This document shows, piece after piece, positions 19,018 to 29,344 of a DNA stretch of 64,000 nucleotides. A model generated the notes under the pieces. It did not search any database and was not told where the DNA came from. It was given only the letters and a program-made list of their open reading frames with translations. Position 1 is the first letter of the stretch; each line of letters starts with the position of its first letter. Location: IMG/VR virus record IMGVR_UViG_3300028914_000066, positions 1 through 64,000 of that record; one strand, written 5' to 3'. The translations under genes were made by a program, and so were the position numbers. This DNA comes from a virus. Lineage: Duplodnaviria; Caudoviricetes.

Positions 19018-20277
19018 ATGCCTGCAAATGATATTGATTTTGGTAATGGAGATCCTAAAGATATTAATACTCCTCCTGCTGATCCTCAAGATCCTAAAGA
19101 TCCTCAAGATCCTAAAGACGATGATGGTAATAAAAATCCAGAACCTCCTAAGGATCCTGAACCACCTAAAGATCCAGAACCTTCTAAGGATAATAAAGAT
19201 CCTAAAGAAGGTGAAGATAAATTGGAAATTAAACCTGGTGATAATATCGAGTTTGATGGTCAAACTTATACAGTTGCTGAAAACGGAGATATTGTTGATA
19301 AAGATGGTAAAGTTTTCAAAGAGCAAAAAGATGTTGCTGCTTGGTTAGAAAGTCTTGAAGAAAGTCAAGAAGAAGGAATATCTATTGATGCTATTAAAGA
19401 AGCTTTTCCTGAGGATATAGTTGATGAACAAGGTAATCCTGTAGAATTTGAAAACACTGTAGAAGGTGTAACAAAGTACATTAATGCAATAGTTGATAAT
19501 AAAGTTAAAGGAGTAGAAGAGGCTGCTATTAATACATTATATGCAAACAATCCTCTCCTTAAACAATTTAAAGACTATGTTGATGTAACAGGTTCTTACA
19601 AAGGTTTTGGTGAATTACCTGATAGAGAAGATTGGGAAGTTGATAAGAATAATGAATCACAGCAAGAGTCTATTATTAAACTAGCTGCGACTGAATTTGG
19701 TAATAAGACTATAAATGATGCTTATATTCAGTATCTTAAAGATAGTGGTTCATTATATGATTATGCTGTTGAAATGCTTGATGCTTTAAAAGAAAAGGAT
19801 AAGGATTTTAGAGAAGAAGTTTCTAAACAAGCAGAAGAAGCTAGAAAGCAAGAACAACAGAAGGTAACTGAATATTGGAATAAAGTAAATAATATCATTA
19901 AAAGTAAAACTATAGCAGGTTATAAATTGCCAGATAGTATTACAAAAGAAGTTGATGGTAAAAAAGTAATATTAACACCTAGTGATTTCTTTGACTATCT
20001 TTCTAAGCAAGTACATACTAATGCTAATGGTCAAAAAATTTCTGCTTATCAGAAAGATTTAGAAGCAAAGTCAGATGATGAATTTATTAACAATGAACTG
20101 ATAAATGCTTGGCTTATGTTTACTGGTGGTAGTTTTAAAGATTTAGCTAATATGGCTATTAAAGAAAATGAAGTTAGAACTTTAAGATTAACAAGTAAAC
20201 AACACAAGAGTCCTACTACAGTTAGAGTTAATAGTAAAAAGCCTTCTAAAGTAAACGCAGATGATATTCAATTTTAA
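19018..20277 (+). CDS. putative capsid scaffolding/assembly protein
   Basis: Acidic Pro-rich N-terminus, immediately upstream of MCP. Confidence 0.7.
   Translation: MPANDIDFGNGDPKDINTPPADPQDPKDPQDPKDDDGNKNPEPPKDPEPPKDPEPSKDNKDPKEGEDKLEIKPGDNIEFDGQTYTVAENGDIVDKDGKVFKEQKDVAAWLESLEESQEEGISIDAIKEAFPEDIVDEQGNPVEFENTVEGVTKYINAIVDNKVKGVEEAAINTLYANNPLLKQFKDYVDVTGSYKGFGELPDREDWEVDKNNESQQESIIKLAATEFGNKTINDAYIQYLKDSGSLYDYAVEMLDALKEKDKDFREEVSKQAEEARKQEQQKVTEYWNKVNNIIKSKTIAGYKLPDSITKEVDGKKVILTPSDFFDYLSKQVHTNANGQKISAYQKDLEAKSDDEFINNELINAWLMFTGGSFKDLANMAIKENEVRTLRLTSKQHKSPTTVRVNSKKPSKVNADDIQF
19081..19206 (+). repeat. coding tandem repeats (DPQ/DPK and DPEPPK)
   Basis: 9-nt GATCCTCAA/GATCCTAAA units, then 18-nt units. 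Confidence 0.85.
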
Positions 20278-20298
20278 TATTAATTTAAATTAGTAATT

Positions 20299-21774
20299 AT
20301 GTACGCACTTAGAGAAGTATCTCGTGGAAACTTTGATGATCGTGGTTATTCTAATGAAGAAACTATTGCTCATCTGGCTTTAAGTAAGCCGTCAGAAATT
20401 AACTCTATTCTCACCTATACTTATGGTATGGATGATGATAGATTCCCACTTACTTTCTTAACTGAAGGTCAAGGACAGATTGGTGTTGTTGATATTAATG
20501 AAGTTGAGTGGACTTGGAAGACAATGGGTAGAATGAAGTTTACTGACTATGTTCTTTACTTTAATTCTGCTAATACTACTCCTGGTAAAGGTGGTGCTAT
20601 TTTTGAAGTAGAATTTGCTACACATTGGTTTATTGAACAATATGGACTTATTGCACCTGATGGTCATACACAAGTTCGTATTATGAAAGACCTTGGTCCT
20701 GGTGCTCACGGTGGTTATGTTTATCGTCTTAAACTTACTAATCCTGATCCTAATGCTTTTGTTGCTCTTGGAAATCTTGCTAAGGGTATGTATTGGGGTA
20801 TGACTGCTCCTACTATTCCTCAGAGTTATTCAAAGGGTAATAGAAGTAATGTTATGGGACCTGGTAAGATGAAGAGTCAGCTTGAGTTCCATCGTTATAG
20901 TAAAGAGATTGCTGGTAATCTGTCTAATCAGATTGTTACTTATGAATTTAAGACAAAGAATGGTGGTACTACTAATCTTTGGATTAATGAAGAGATGCGT
21001 CAGCATGATATTACCCTTCGTGTAATGGATGAAGAACGTTTATGGTATGCTGAATATAACCGTAATGAAGAAGGCGTTATTACTCTTGTAGATCCTGATA
21101 ATGGTCAGCCTATTCCTCATACAGCTGGTATGCAGCAGATTTGTCGTGAGGCTAACTATGAAACTTACGGTGAATTTTTAACTATTAACAAGATTGAACG
21201 TTCAATAGGTGATATTCTTGACAAGCAGACTGATAGTGGTACAATGGAAGTTGTACTTGCTGCTGGTAAGGGTTTCATGGCAGACTTTGATGAAGCTATT
21301 CGTAATGATGCTCGTGCTGAAGGTTTTGCTACTCCTCTTGGTGATAAGATGATTGAAGATTACAATGGTGGTCTTTCATATGGTAAGTATTTCCGTAGAT
21401 ATAAGACTATTGATGGTCATATTATCACTGTAAAGCATCTTGCTATGGCAGATAAGGGTACAAATGCTGAAATGGATCGTGCTAATGGTAATGTGCATCC
21501 TCGTACTGGACTTCCTATGAGTTCTCACCAGGCATTTATGATTGACCTTTCAACTTATGAAGGTGTTCGTAATGTTCGTAAGGTTCGTCAGAAAGGTCAG
21601 ATTTATCATCAGGGTGTTATTAAGGGTTTGACTCCTATACCTGCTAGTTGGGGTGCTGTTCCTACTAATAGCTTAGCTACTGATGTTGATGTTTCACGCT
21701 ATGAAATTAAGAATAGCTATGGTCTGCAAGTTAATAATGCAGAGAAGATGATGCAAATTAAGTGTGTTATGTAA
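20299..21774 (+). CDS. major capsid protein
   Basis: 491 aa; DDRGYSNEETIAHL...YGMDDDRFPLTFLTEGQG recalled from crAssphage MCP; high-expression codon bias. Confidence 0.93.
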   Translation: MYALREVSRGNFDDRGYSNEETIAHLALSKPSEINSILTYTYGMDDDRFPLTFLTEGQGQIGVVDINEVEWTWKTMGRMKFTDYVLYFNSANTTPGKGGAIFEVEFATHWFIEQYGLIAPDGHTQVRIMKDLGPGAHGGYVYRLKLTNPDPNAFVALGNLAKGMYWGMTAPTIPQSYSKGNRSNVMGPGKMKSQLEFHRYSKEIAGNLSNQIVTYEFKTKNGGTTNLWINEEMRQHDITLRVMDEERLWYAEYNRNEEGVITLVDPDNGQPIPHTAGMQQICREANYETYGEFLTINKIERSIGDILDKQTDSGTMEVVLAAGKGFMADFDEAIRNDARAEGFATPLGDKMIEDYNGGLSYGKYFRRYKTIDGHIITVKHLAMADKGTNAEMDRANGNVHPRTGLPMSSHQAFMIDLSTYEGVRNVRKVRQKGQIYHQGVIKGLTPIPASWGAVPTNSLATDVDVSRYEIKNSYGLQVNNAEKMMQIKCVM

Positions 21775-21794
21775 TTTAAAACATATATAGAATT

Positions 21795-22937
21795 ATGGGT
21801 CCAACTGTAAATACTCCAAGTAATCCTGCTATGGGAGGTAGTGTTAGTACTACAAAGAAAGAAGATAATGAAGTTAAACAGAATCAGGAACAAACTAATT
21901 CTGCTCCTAAGAAATATACTGAGGAAGAATTAAATGCTCCTTATACTGATGAAAGAAAAATAACAATAAAACCTGTTCAATATTTCTCTGCTTATCGTCA
22001 AGTGAATAAACACGTTCTCGGTAACAAGAAACAAGTAATAGGTAGTTCTATTAAGAGTTCTAGAGTATTAAGCTCTAATAAAGGTGAAATTGAAGCATAT
22101 TTTCCTGAACTTGTAGGATTATCTCCTTCACATCCAGATTTTATAAGTCGTGTTAAGGGTTATCTTAATAACATACAATTTACTGTAAATAATATCGGTT
22201 CTGTTATTGATTGTTCTTTTAGATATGATCATCTTAAAGATTATCTTAAGATAAAGGAACAAGAAGATAAACTGATTGCTGAGAGAAATAGTACTAATAG
22301 AAATGACACATCTGCTTTATCTAAAGCTGTTGAACTTTGGGCAGATAAACTTAATGAACTTGAAGGAACTAAATATCAATTTGGTAGACCTTTAAACATT
22401 AACAATTATATTCTTTATAGACATTGTTTACTTTATAAGGATGTTGCAAAAGACATTTCTCTTATTAATGCAGACAATTCTATTAGATTCTATATTGAGG
22501 ATAATGAAAGAGAGGCTGAACGTAAGAAGAAGATGGTAGAAGAGAAGAAGTTAGCTATGCGTAATTTCGTTGCTCTTGATGCAAGTGATAGTAAGCGTGA
22601 AGCTGTATATATTCAGGTACTTATCCAAAATGGTGAGAATTTAGGTTATGCTCTTAATAGAACTAAGGAAGAAAAGTATGACGTACTTATGAAGTTCGTT
22701 AATGAAAATCCTGATAAGTTTAATAAGATGTATAATGATAAGAATGTTGAATTGAAGTCATTTATTGAGCAACTTGTTCTTAGAGGTGAGTTAGTAAGAG
22801 CCGAACATAATCAAATGCTTTCTACTGCTGAAGGTAAGTTTATTGGTAATAATGTAACAGAAGCTGTTGCTTATTTCAATAATCCTGATAATAAAGGAGA
22901 ATTAGAAAGCTATAAGAATAAACTTAATAAAGCATAA
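21795..22937 (+). CDS. conserved crAss protein downstream of MCP
   Basis: 380 aa; synteny. Confidence 0.75.
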   Translation: MGPTVNTPSNPAMGGSVSTTKKEDNEVKQNQEQTNSAPKKYTEEELNAPYTDERKITIKPVQYFSAYRQVNKHVLGNKKQVIGSSIKSSRVLSSNKGEIEAYFPELVGLSPSHPDFISRVKGYLNNIQFTVNNIGSVIDCSFRYDHLKDYLKIKEQEDKLIAERNSTNRNDTSALSKAVELWADKLNELEGTKYQFGRPLNINNYILYRHCLLYKDVAKDISLINADNSIRFYIEDNEREAERKKKMVEEKKLAMRNFVALDASDSKREAVYIQVLIQNGENLGYALNRTKEEKYDVLMKFVNENPDKFNKMYNDKNVELKSFIEQLVLRGELVRAEHNQMLSTAEGKFIGNNVTEAVAYFNNPDNKGELESYKNKLNKA

Positions 22938-22949
22938 TATATACTTGTT

Positions 22950-23822
22950 ATGAATATTTCGGAAATGCACGTCTGGTTTCGTCAGTATGCTCAGCAAATG
23001 GGTATGCAAAATACTCGTGCTATACTTCCCGAACAAATAGATTTGCTAATAAATACAAGTATTAATGATGTTGTTAATAAAATAATTGCTGAGAATATCT
23101 CTAATCGTAATGATAGGGTAATTACCGATAATTCTAAGATTGGACAAATTAATGCTCTTAGAACATTATATACAACTAAAGATATAAAAGGTTCTACTAT
23201 CAGAGTTAAAAATAATACTGATAAATTGGAAGATCTTAAAAGTAAACCTTTTACTATAATACTTTCAGATTTAGGAGAATTTTTATATTTAGTTGATTTT
23301 GCTATATCTTATGATATATCAAAAAATGATGAAAGTAATGAAACTAAATTGTTTCCAATTAGAATTATAGATAGAGCTTATTTAGCTGATACACTTCAAG
23401 ATTATATTTTATCACCTAGATTTAGAACACCTATTGGTGTAGTTACAAATAGAAAAATAATTGAACTTGTTCCATATTTTCATCCTGTAACTCAACAAAT
23501 ACAATATGCTGAGAGAGAAGAAACAGCAGAAGTTCTAGATATTTATGTAGGTGAAAATGAACTTCATTCACAACTTATTAAGAATATGTCAATTGATAAA
23601 ATTGAATGTTCTTACATAAAAAAACCTGCTAAGGTTAAATATGTTAGTGATATTCTTGAAGAAAACGTAAATTGTGATTTACCTGAATCATTACATTATG
23701 ATGTATTAAAACACGCAGTTGATTTATATAGACTTTCAATAGCTGGAAGTATAGCTGCTGCTCAAGAGCAAGCACAAAATCAAGCTAGAGAAAACATAAG
23801 AAACAACATTAGAGAACAATAA
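22950..23822 (+). CDS. putative neck/ring (head-tail adaptor) protein
   Basis: MNISEMH..FRQ, YIKKPAKV, CDLPESLH..V..AV pattern. Confidence 0.65.
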   Translation: MNISEMHVWFRQYAQQMGMQNTRAILPEQIDLLINTSINDVVNKIIAENISNRNDRVITDNSKIGQINALRTLYTTKDIKGSTIRVKNNTDKLEDLKSKPFTIILSDLGEFLYLVDFAISYDISKNDESNETKLFPIRIIDRAYLADTLQDYILSPRFRTPIGVVTNRKIIELVPYFHPVTQQIQYAEREETAEVLDIYVGENELHSQLIKNMSIDKIECSYIKKPAKVKYVSDILEENVNCDLPESLHYDVLKHAVDLYRLSIAGSIAAAQEQAQNQARENIRNNIREQ

Positions 23823-23840
23823 CAATTTAATATTTAAACA

Positions 23841-24779
23841 ATGAAACAATTACTTATAGTTAATAGTGCTAAGGCACTTGATGCAGGTCTTACTTCACAC
23901 AAGGTAAATGATCTTTCTGGTCTTGAGGCTGGTGCTATAACATTCTTTGAGCTTGGTTCTGATACTGCTTTAAGTGCAGCTCCTGCTAAGAATTTTGCTA
24001 TAGCTCTGGGTATGGGTGCAAAGAATTCTCCTTTTGTAATTCCTGAAGTAGACATTGAAACTTTAACTGTAACTGAAACTCTTCCTGCTAAGGGTGTTAA
24101 GTTTAATGTTGAGTTTACTGCTCCTGCAGGTACTGCAAAGAAGGATTATACTCTTATTCTTGTGAAGAAAGATACTGTTCCTAATCAGCGTAATAAGTTT
24201 ACTATTACAGTTTCTGTAGGTTCATCTAATCTTACTGCTGCTCAGCTTGCTGCTAAGTTTGTAGAGGCTGTTAATTCAAAGGCAAATGAAATGTTTGACT
24301 TTACTGCTTCTGCAGTTAGTGATGCAGTTACTATTGAGTGCAATAATATGGGTGAACTTTGGAATGCTGTTGCAGCTGATCAGCTTGAAGGTACTTCACT
24401 TACTATTACTCAAGGTGAACGTGAGATTGGTGGTAAAGAATTTATTTCAGATTTAGCTTCACAATGTGCAGCTGGTAAGGGATTTAATTATACTGCTGAA
24501 AATGCTCATGAACTTTATCCTGGTTATCCTGAGGCTGTTGAAGCATTAGTTCCTGATGCAGTTAGTGGTTCTTGCACTGAAGGTTATTCTGTATTCAATC
24601 TTCATTTTGCTACTAAGAGAGATTTTGGTAAGCAGTTAGATGAAAGAGTATGGCAGAATGTTCATATTGCAGTTCCTATTACTAATGCAAGTTATAGTGA
24701 TATTCAGGCTATTTTAAGCGGTGCTAGTAAGTATCTTACTAAAGCTGTAGCTGATGCTACATACGAGCCTAAACTTTAA
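23841..24779 (+). CDS. abundant virion structural protein (auxiliary capsid-like)
   Basis: Ala/Thr-rich 312 aa, MCP-like codon bias, followed by a hairpin. Confidence 0.6.
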   Translation: MKQLLIVNSAKALDAGLTSHKVNDLSGLEAGAITFFELGSDTALSAAPAKNFAIALGMGAKNSPFVIPEVDIETLTVTETLPAKGVKFNVEFTAPAGTAKKDYTLILVKKDTVPNQRNKFTITVSVGSSNLTAAQLAAKFVEAVNSKANEMFDFTASAVSDAVTIECNNMGELWNAVAADQLEGTSLTITQGEREIGGKEFISDLASQCAAGKGFNYTAENAHELYPGYPEAVEALVPDAVSGSCTEGYSVFNLHFATKRDFGKQLDERVWQNVHIAVPITNASYSDIQAILSGASKYLTKAVADATYEPKL

Positions 24780-24790
24780 TAATTAAGTTA

Positions 24791-24825
24791 TATTGCATCT
24801 CTTCTTTTACGGGGGAGGTGCAATA
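24791..24825 (+). terminator. hairpin containing the dispersed motif
   Basis: TATTGCATCTCTT...GGGGAGGTGCAATA. Confidence 0.55.
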
Positions 24826-24836
24826 TTCTAAATATT

Positions 24837-25460
24837 ATGGATGAACTTGAAGTAATTAATAATATTATTGCTGAAAGTGTTCGTGATTCTTCATATATAA
24901 CAGTAATTATTTCTAGTGCAGTATTTTTACTTTATACATTAATTACTAATCTTATTAGTTATTTTAAAGCAAAAAGTAAAAATAAGCCATTACTTGAAAT
25001 GGCTAATTCACTAAAAGAAAATACTGAATATATTATCAAACTTAGCAACGTCTTAGATAAAACTTTACAAGATACTGAAAGAAAACAAGCTAATAGATGT
25101 GAAAGTGCTATTGATGCAGGATTTAAAGCTTTTGGTTTTAAGTTAATTCAAGAAACTGCAAACATTATAGCTCACAATAATATTAAAGCTAATAAAGAAT
25201 ACATAGTAAACAATATTAACAAAGTAGTTAGTACTGAATATTATAAACTTTATTCTAGTCTTTCAGCTTATGAAATTAAAGAAGTAAACGTAGCATCAAA
25301 ACTAAAAGAGGAATGGATAAAGGAGATTGCGGATAATATAATAGCTATTGTTTACAATGGACAAGATGCTATAGCAAGAATAACACAAGTTAGTAATAGA
25401 ATTAATATTTCTATAAATGAGTATTCCACTTATGTAAATAATAAAACTTTTAATACATAA
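24837..25460 (+). CDS. membrane protein
   Basis: TM segment YITVIISSAVFLLYTLITNLI. Confidence 0.7.
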   Translation: MDELEVINNIIAESVRDSSYITVIISSAVFLLYTLITNLISYFKAKSKNKPLLEMANSLKENTEYIIKLSNVLDKTLQDTERKQANRCESAIDAGFKAFGFKLIQETANIIAHNNIKANKEYIVNNINKVVSTEYYKLYSSLSAYEIKEVNVASKLKEEWIKEIADNIIAIVYNGQDAIARITQVSNRINISINEYSTYVNNKTFNT

Positions 25461-25463
25461 ATT

Positions 25464-25709
25464 ATGGCAAACGATGCTAACTTTGTAAAGGAAATGCTTA
25501 CTACTCTTGAAAAAAGGGTAGTAAGCATTACTAGTTCTATAATGGAATGTAATAAACTTGGATTAGTTCCTAGTAAAAGTTCTATTATTAGATTGCAATG
25601 GTACACTATTCTTATTCATGCTTATAAAGCTTTTAATTTTGAAAATTTTTATACTGAGCAACAAAAGAATAGAATAAATAATTTATTTAGACAAGTATCA
25701 GAATTATGA
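25464..25709 (+). CDS. hypothetical protein
   Basis: 81-aa ORF in operon. Confidence 0.7.
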   Translation: MANDANFVKEMLTTLEKRVVSITSSIMECNKLGLVPSKSSIIRLQWYTILIHAYKAFNFENFYTEQQKNRINNLFRQVSEL

Positions 25710-27034
25710 ATGATGCAATTAAAAATATAACAGACTATGTTAATATAAGAGTTCCTTTAGAACAATTAGAATTATATTATAGTATGTTAGCAGCTCTTTC
25801 TGATTACGGAGAAGATATGCTTAAAGATTGTAAAGCTTCATGTACAGATAAAGATTCTAATATTATAGAATGTTTTAATATGTTTAGTGGAGCTTGTGCT
25901 AAATATGAATTAGGAGATATTAAAGGTGCTAATGTTATATTTAACTATGTTAAAAGTACTTTAGGACTTAAATATAAAAATCTTGTAATTCCAGATAATA
26001 TAAGCTTCCCTGTAAAAGAAGAAAATGTTACAATATATTTTGATTTTAAAAATAAAGAATATTATGTAGAAGAAGGAATAGTTATTCCATTAGAAAGTAT
26101 TGATATAATTGGTCCTGATGAAATTGAGGGTGTTTCTCAAGAATATACTTATATATTACATCCAGATAATACAACACAGACAGGAGTTGTTTGGGAAGTT
26201 ATACAAGGAGAAGGATCTCAATATGCTTATATAGATAGTACAACAGGAGTTTTATATATTAAATCAAATGCTTCAAATAGTTTAGTTAAAATAAAAGCTA
26301 CAAGTATAACAAATCCTGAAATAAGTACAATAAAAGAAATTATATGTACTTATAATAATGAAACAGAAGAAGTTGATTGTGTAGTTAATGTAACATATGA
26401 TAGTTCTATAGCTGAATTTAGAACTAATAGAACAATTTTAGCTACTGTTGTAAATTCAACAAAAGATGTTCTTAGATTAGAATTACATAATATTGATGTT
26501 GTAGAAAACGATATTATAATAGATATTGCTAATTATCAATCATCTAAAGAATTTACTATTAATTTAAATGTAGTTGGTCATAATAAATATTATGTTGAAG
26601 CTGTATTTTATGATGGAACTATAAAGAAAAGTAATATAATAGATATTTGTGCATATCCTTGTTGCTATATAGGAGAAGCAACACCTACTGAAAGTTCATA
26701 TTATCAAGTAATAGGTAATTCTAATTATAAACTTGAACCTATGTTAGATATAGCATCAGTTGTAGGAAAAGAATATCCTGTTAATGTTACACGTGATGGA
26801 AATTATATTTATATAATTGTTCCTAGATTATCTGGACATATGCAAATAGATGAAGTTCGTTTAGATGAAACTAATATGTCTGAAGGATTTTATTTTGATG
26901 TAGATACAACTGTATCAGATATAATTATAAATGGAATACAATATGGTGTTTATGGTCTTAAATTAAATAATAAAGGATTTGTTGCACAAGATAATCCTTA
27001 TAGATTATTAATAACTAAACCTCAAGAATTATGA
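25706..27034 (+). CDS. tail-associated protein with Ig-like domain
   Basis: PDNTTQTGVVWEV...AYIDSTTGVL...VKIKATS is Big_2-like. Confidence 0.7.
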   Translation: MNDAIKNITDYVNIRVPLEQLELYYSMLAALSDYGEDMLKDCKASCTDKDSNIIECFNMFSGACAKYELGDIKGANVIFNYVKSTLGLKYKNLVIPDNISFPVKEENVTIYFDFKNKEYYVEEGIVIPLESIDIIGPDEIEGVSQEYTYILHPDNTTQTGVVWEVIQGEGSQYAYIDSTTGVLYIKSNASNSLVKIKATSITNPEISTIKEIICTYNNETEEVDCVVNVTYDSSIAEFRTNRTILATVVNSTKDVLRLELHNIDVVENDIIIDIANYQSSKEFTINLNVVGHNKYYVEAVFYDGTIKKSNIIDICAYPCCYIGEATPTESSYYQVIGNSNYKLEPMLDIASVVGKEYPVNVTRDGNYIYIIVPRLSGHMQIDEVRLDETNMSEGFYFDVDTTVSDIIINGIQYGVYGLKLNNKGFVAQDNPYRLLITKPQEL

Positions 27035-27273
27035 GTATAAGAATACCTGATGATCTTATTCCTGCACAAGTTGGAGGAAAAGTCACAGATGCTGATTATA
27101 TCCAAGATGGAAGTAAAACTCAGCATGAAATAAATGAAGAAACTATTAAAGGTGATGCTCCACAAGATGATGGAATGTATATTCGTAAAAACGGACAATG
27201 GTCTAAATTAGAAATATACTATGACGATGAAAGTGAAACTTTAGTTATAAATACACAATCTGTTAATAATTAA
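27031..27273 (+). CDS. small fibre protein with foldon-like motif
   Basis: DAPQDDGMYIRKNGQWSKL vs T4 fibritin foldon EAPRDGQAYVRKDGEWVLL. Confidence 0.7.
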   Translation: MSIRIPDDLIPAQVGGKVTDADYIQDGSKTQHEINEETIKGDAPQDDGMYIRKNGQWSKLEIYYDDESETLVINTQSVNN

Positions 27274-27275
27274 TT

Positions 27276-28475
27276 ATGAATATTAAACATATAAATATAG
27301 ACGGTAATGCTCTTAATTTAGATGATGAAAATGCATTACAGCTTCCTGATGGTATTGAACCTGAAGATGGTGATATGCTCATATACGATGAAACTTTACA
27401 TAATAATGAAGGTGGTTTCAAGTATATAAAGAAAAAAGATATTCCTGAAGTTGAAGTTGGAATAATACCTGATTCTAATAAATTAGCAACAAGTGGAGAT
27501 GTTTATAGTGCGATAAATGCTATTAATAATAAAACATGTTGTTCTTTAAATGTTATTTATGATAGTTCAGATGTTTCAAATAAAAAATTAATATTTCAAA
27601 GAGCAAATATTATAGGAAATCCTGCTTTATTAGTAAACGCTAAATTACTTATATTAAGTATAAATACATTATATAATCAACAACAAGAAGAATTAAAAGT
27701 TTCTAATATTTTAGATATATTAACATTAACTCCTTCTGATACATATGTTGAAAAATCAATTGATGATTTTTCAGAAGATAGAATGTTTTATTTTATATTA
27801 TTTAATGATACTCCTAATATACAAATTTGTAAATTAATAAATGATAGGATGTTAATCGCTGGTGTTAATGCTAAAACTAATATAATAATAACACCTATTT
27901 TTGATCCATCTTATTATCCTAATGGAGGTATTAACATATTAGCATCAGGTAATGTTGATGTTGATGTTAATATAATTTTAACTTTAACAAGAACAGATAA
28001 TAGAGTTGAAATTATAAATGGAATATTATTAGCAGGAACTTCATCTTTACTTTTAGGTATCAGTGCTTCAGGTCTTGATAGAAATTGTAATATATCTTTA
28101 AATACTACTACTATAAGTTCTACTCAAAATTATATGTTAGCTACTTCTAATATAGAAATTGATGCTAATGTTCCTAGAATAGCTTTAGAAATAACACCAG
28201 GTTTAACTTCAGGTGGTACACATTGTGTAAAATTTAGTTTACCTAATAATGTTGTAGCTGATAGTCCAGTAGATGTTAATTTATATGCTCCAAGAAGTAA
28301 TACTAGTCCTATTTTATTACAAGGAACAATAGCTACAGGTAATAATTATGTAGAAATTGTATATGAAGATGTTGAATTTAGTGGAAATATATTATATGCA
28401 GAAATGGGAAATCGTGTTATGAATCAAAATGTTGAATATTATATAAGTAATCCAGAAGTAGTAGTAGGTCAATAA
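27276..28475 (+). CDS. putative tail fibre / beta-rich virion protein
   Basis: Ile/Asn/Thr-rich; DSNKLATSGDVY fibre-type motif. Confidence 0.6.
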   Translation: MNIKHINIDGNALNLDDENALQLPDGIEPEDGDMLIYDETLHNNEGGFKYIKKKDIPEVEVGIIPDSNKLATSGDVYSAINAINNKTCCSLNVIYDSSDVSNKKLIFQRANIIGNPALLVNAKLLILSINTLYNQQQEELKVSNILDILTLTPSDTYVEKSIDDFSEDRMFYFILFNDTPNIQICKLINDRMLIAGVNAKTNIIITPIFDPSYYPNGGINILASGNVDVDVNIILTLTRTDNRVEIINGILLAGTSSLLLGISASGLDRNCNISLNTTTISSTQNYMLATSNIEIDANVPRIALEITPGLTSGGTHCVKFSLPNNVVADSPVDVNLYAPRSNTSPILLQGTIATGNNYVEIVYEDVEFSGNILYAEMGNRVMNQNVEYYISNPEVVVGQ

Positions 28476-28496
28476 TTTAAAATAAATTAATTAATT

Positions 28497-28904
28497 ATGC
28501 CTATAGTTAGAAAAATTGTTTTTAATGGTGTTCGTCTAGATATTAATGTATCTGAAGATGATCTTGTTAATGCTAACAATTCTTCTGATATTTCTAATAT
28601 TAAATTTAAGTCTAAAACTAAAGCTCCTACTGCAAGAAGTTTACAAGTTTTAAAATCTTATGTAGACGCTTTAATAATTCCAGAAGGTACTTTAATTTTT
28701 GATACTACTCCTACTGAAGGAAGTAATAAACCTGTTACGTCAGGAGGAATATATGAATTTGTATTACAGGCAATAGATGACTATTTTAATGCTAAATTTG
28801 TTGTTCTTACACAAGCAGAGTATGATGAAATAGAAAATCCTAATCCTAATAAATTTTATATGATTTATGAACCAGAAATAATAGAAGGAAATGGCAGTAC
28901 TTAA
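28497..28904 (+). CDS. tail fibre-associated protein
   Basis: DTTPTEGSNKPVTSGGIY and VLTQAEYDEI motifs. Confidence 0.7.
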   Translation: MPIVRKIVFNGVRLDINVSEDDLVNANNSSDISNIKFKSKTKAPTARSLQVLKSYVDALIIPEGTLIFDTTPTEGSNKPVTSGGIYEFVLQAIDDYFNAKFVVLTQAEYDEIENPNPNKFYMIYEPEIIEGNGST

Positions 28905-29070
28905 AGGAGAACAAGTAATAAGTGCTATACGATGTGGTAGTCTTATTATAAGTACAATATTTAATGGAGTTAAAAAAATTAGTACAGATGTAGTACAATC
29001 CGTATTTAATATGGGATATTGGATTAATAATACATTCTGGGATAACTTTGATGGTTGGAAAAATGGGTGA
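28891..29070 (+). CDS. small tail-region protein (not in ORF track)
   Basis: 59 aa MAVLKGEQVISAI...GYWINNTFWDNFDGWKNG overlapping both neighbours. Confidence 0.7.
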   Translation: MAVLKGEQVISAIRCGSLIISTIFNGVKKISTDVVQSVFNMGYWINNTFWDNFDGWKNG

Positions 29071-29326
29071 AAAAACAATTATTATAAATGAAAATGGCTG
29101 TCCTAATAGCCTACAAGTGAGTGTATTACAAGATGTACCTGAAGGTAATTTTTCTCCAGGTAGACCTGTAGTGATTAAAAATATAACTGATGATGCAATT
29201 CAACTTTCAGTTCGTCTTGTTAATCAAGATAATTTTGTAACAACACAAATTTATCCTGGTTGGAATCCAGAACTTATTATTGAAATTGAAGATGTTGAAG
29301 CTGATACTTTACAATATGGTTATTAA
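29063..29326 (+). CDS. small tail-region protein
   Basis: YPGWNPELI...LQYGY; start probably ATG 29063. Confidence 0.7.
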   Translation: MGEKTIIINENGCPNSLQVSVLQDVPEGNFSPGRPVVIKNITDDAIQLSVRLVNQDNFVTTQIYPGWNPELIIEIEDVEADTLQYGY

Positions 29327-29344
29327 AATTAAATATTAACTAAT

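Noticed and set aside
12541-21774. Introns or inteins in terL, portal or MCP
   Set aside because: ORFs are continuous and of expected size, with no evident intein or homing-endonuclease motifs
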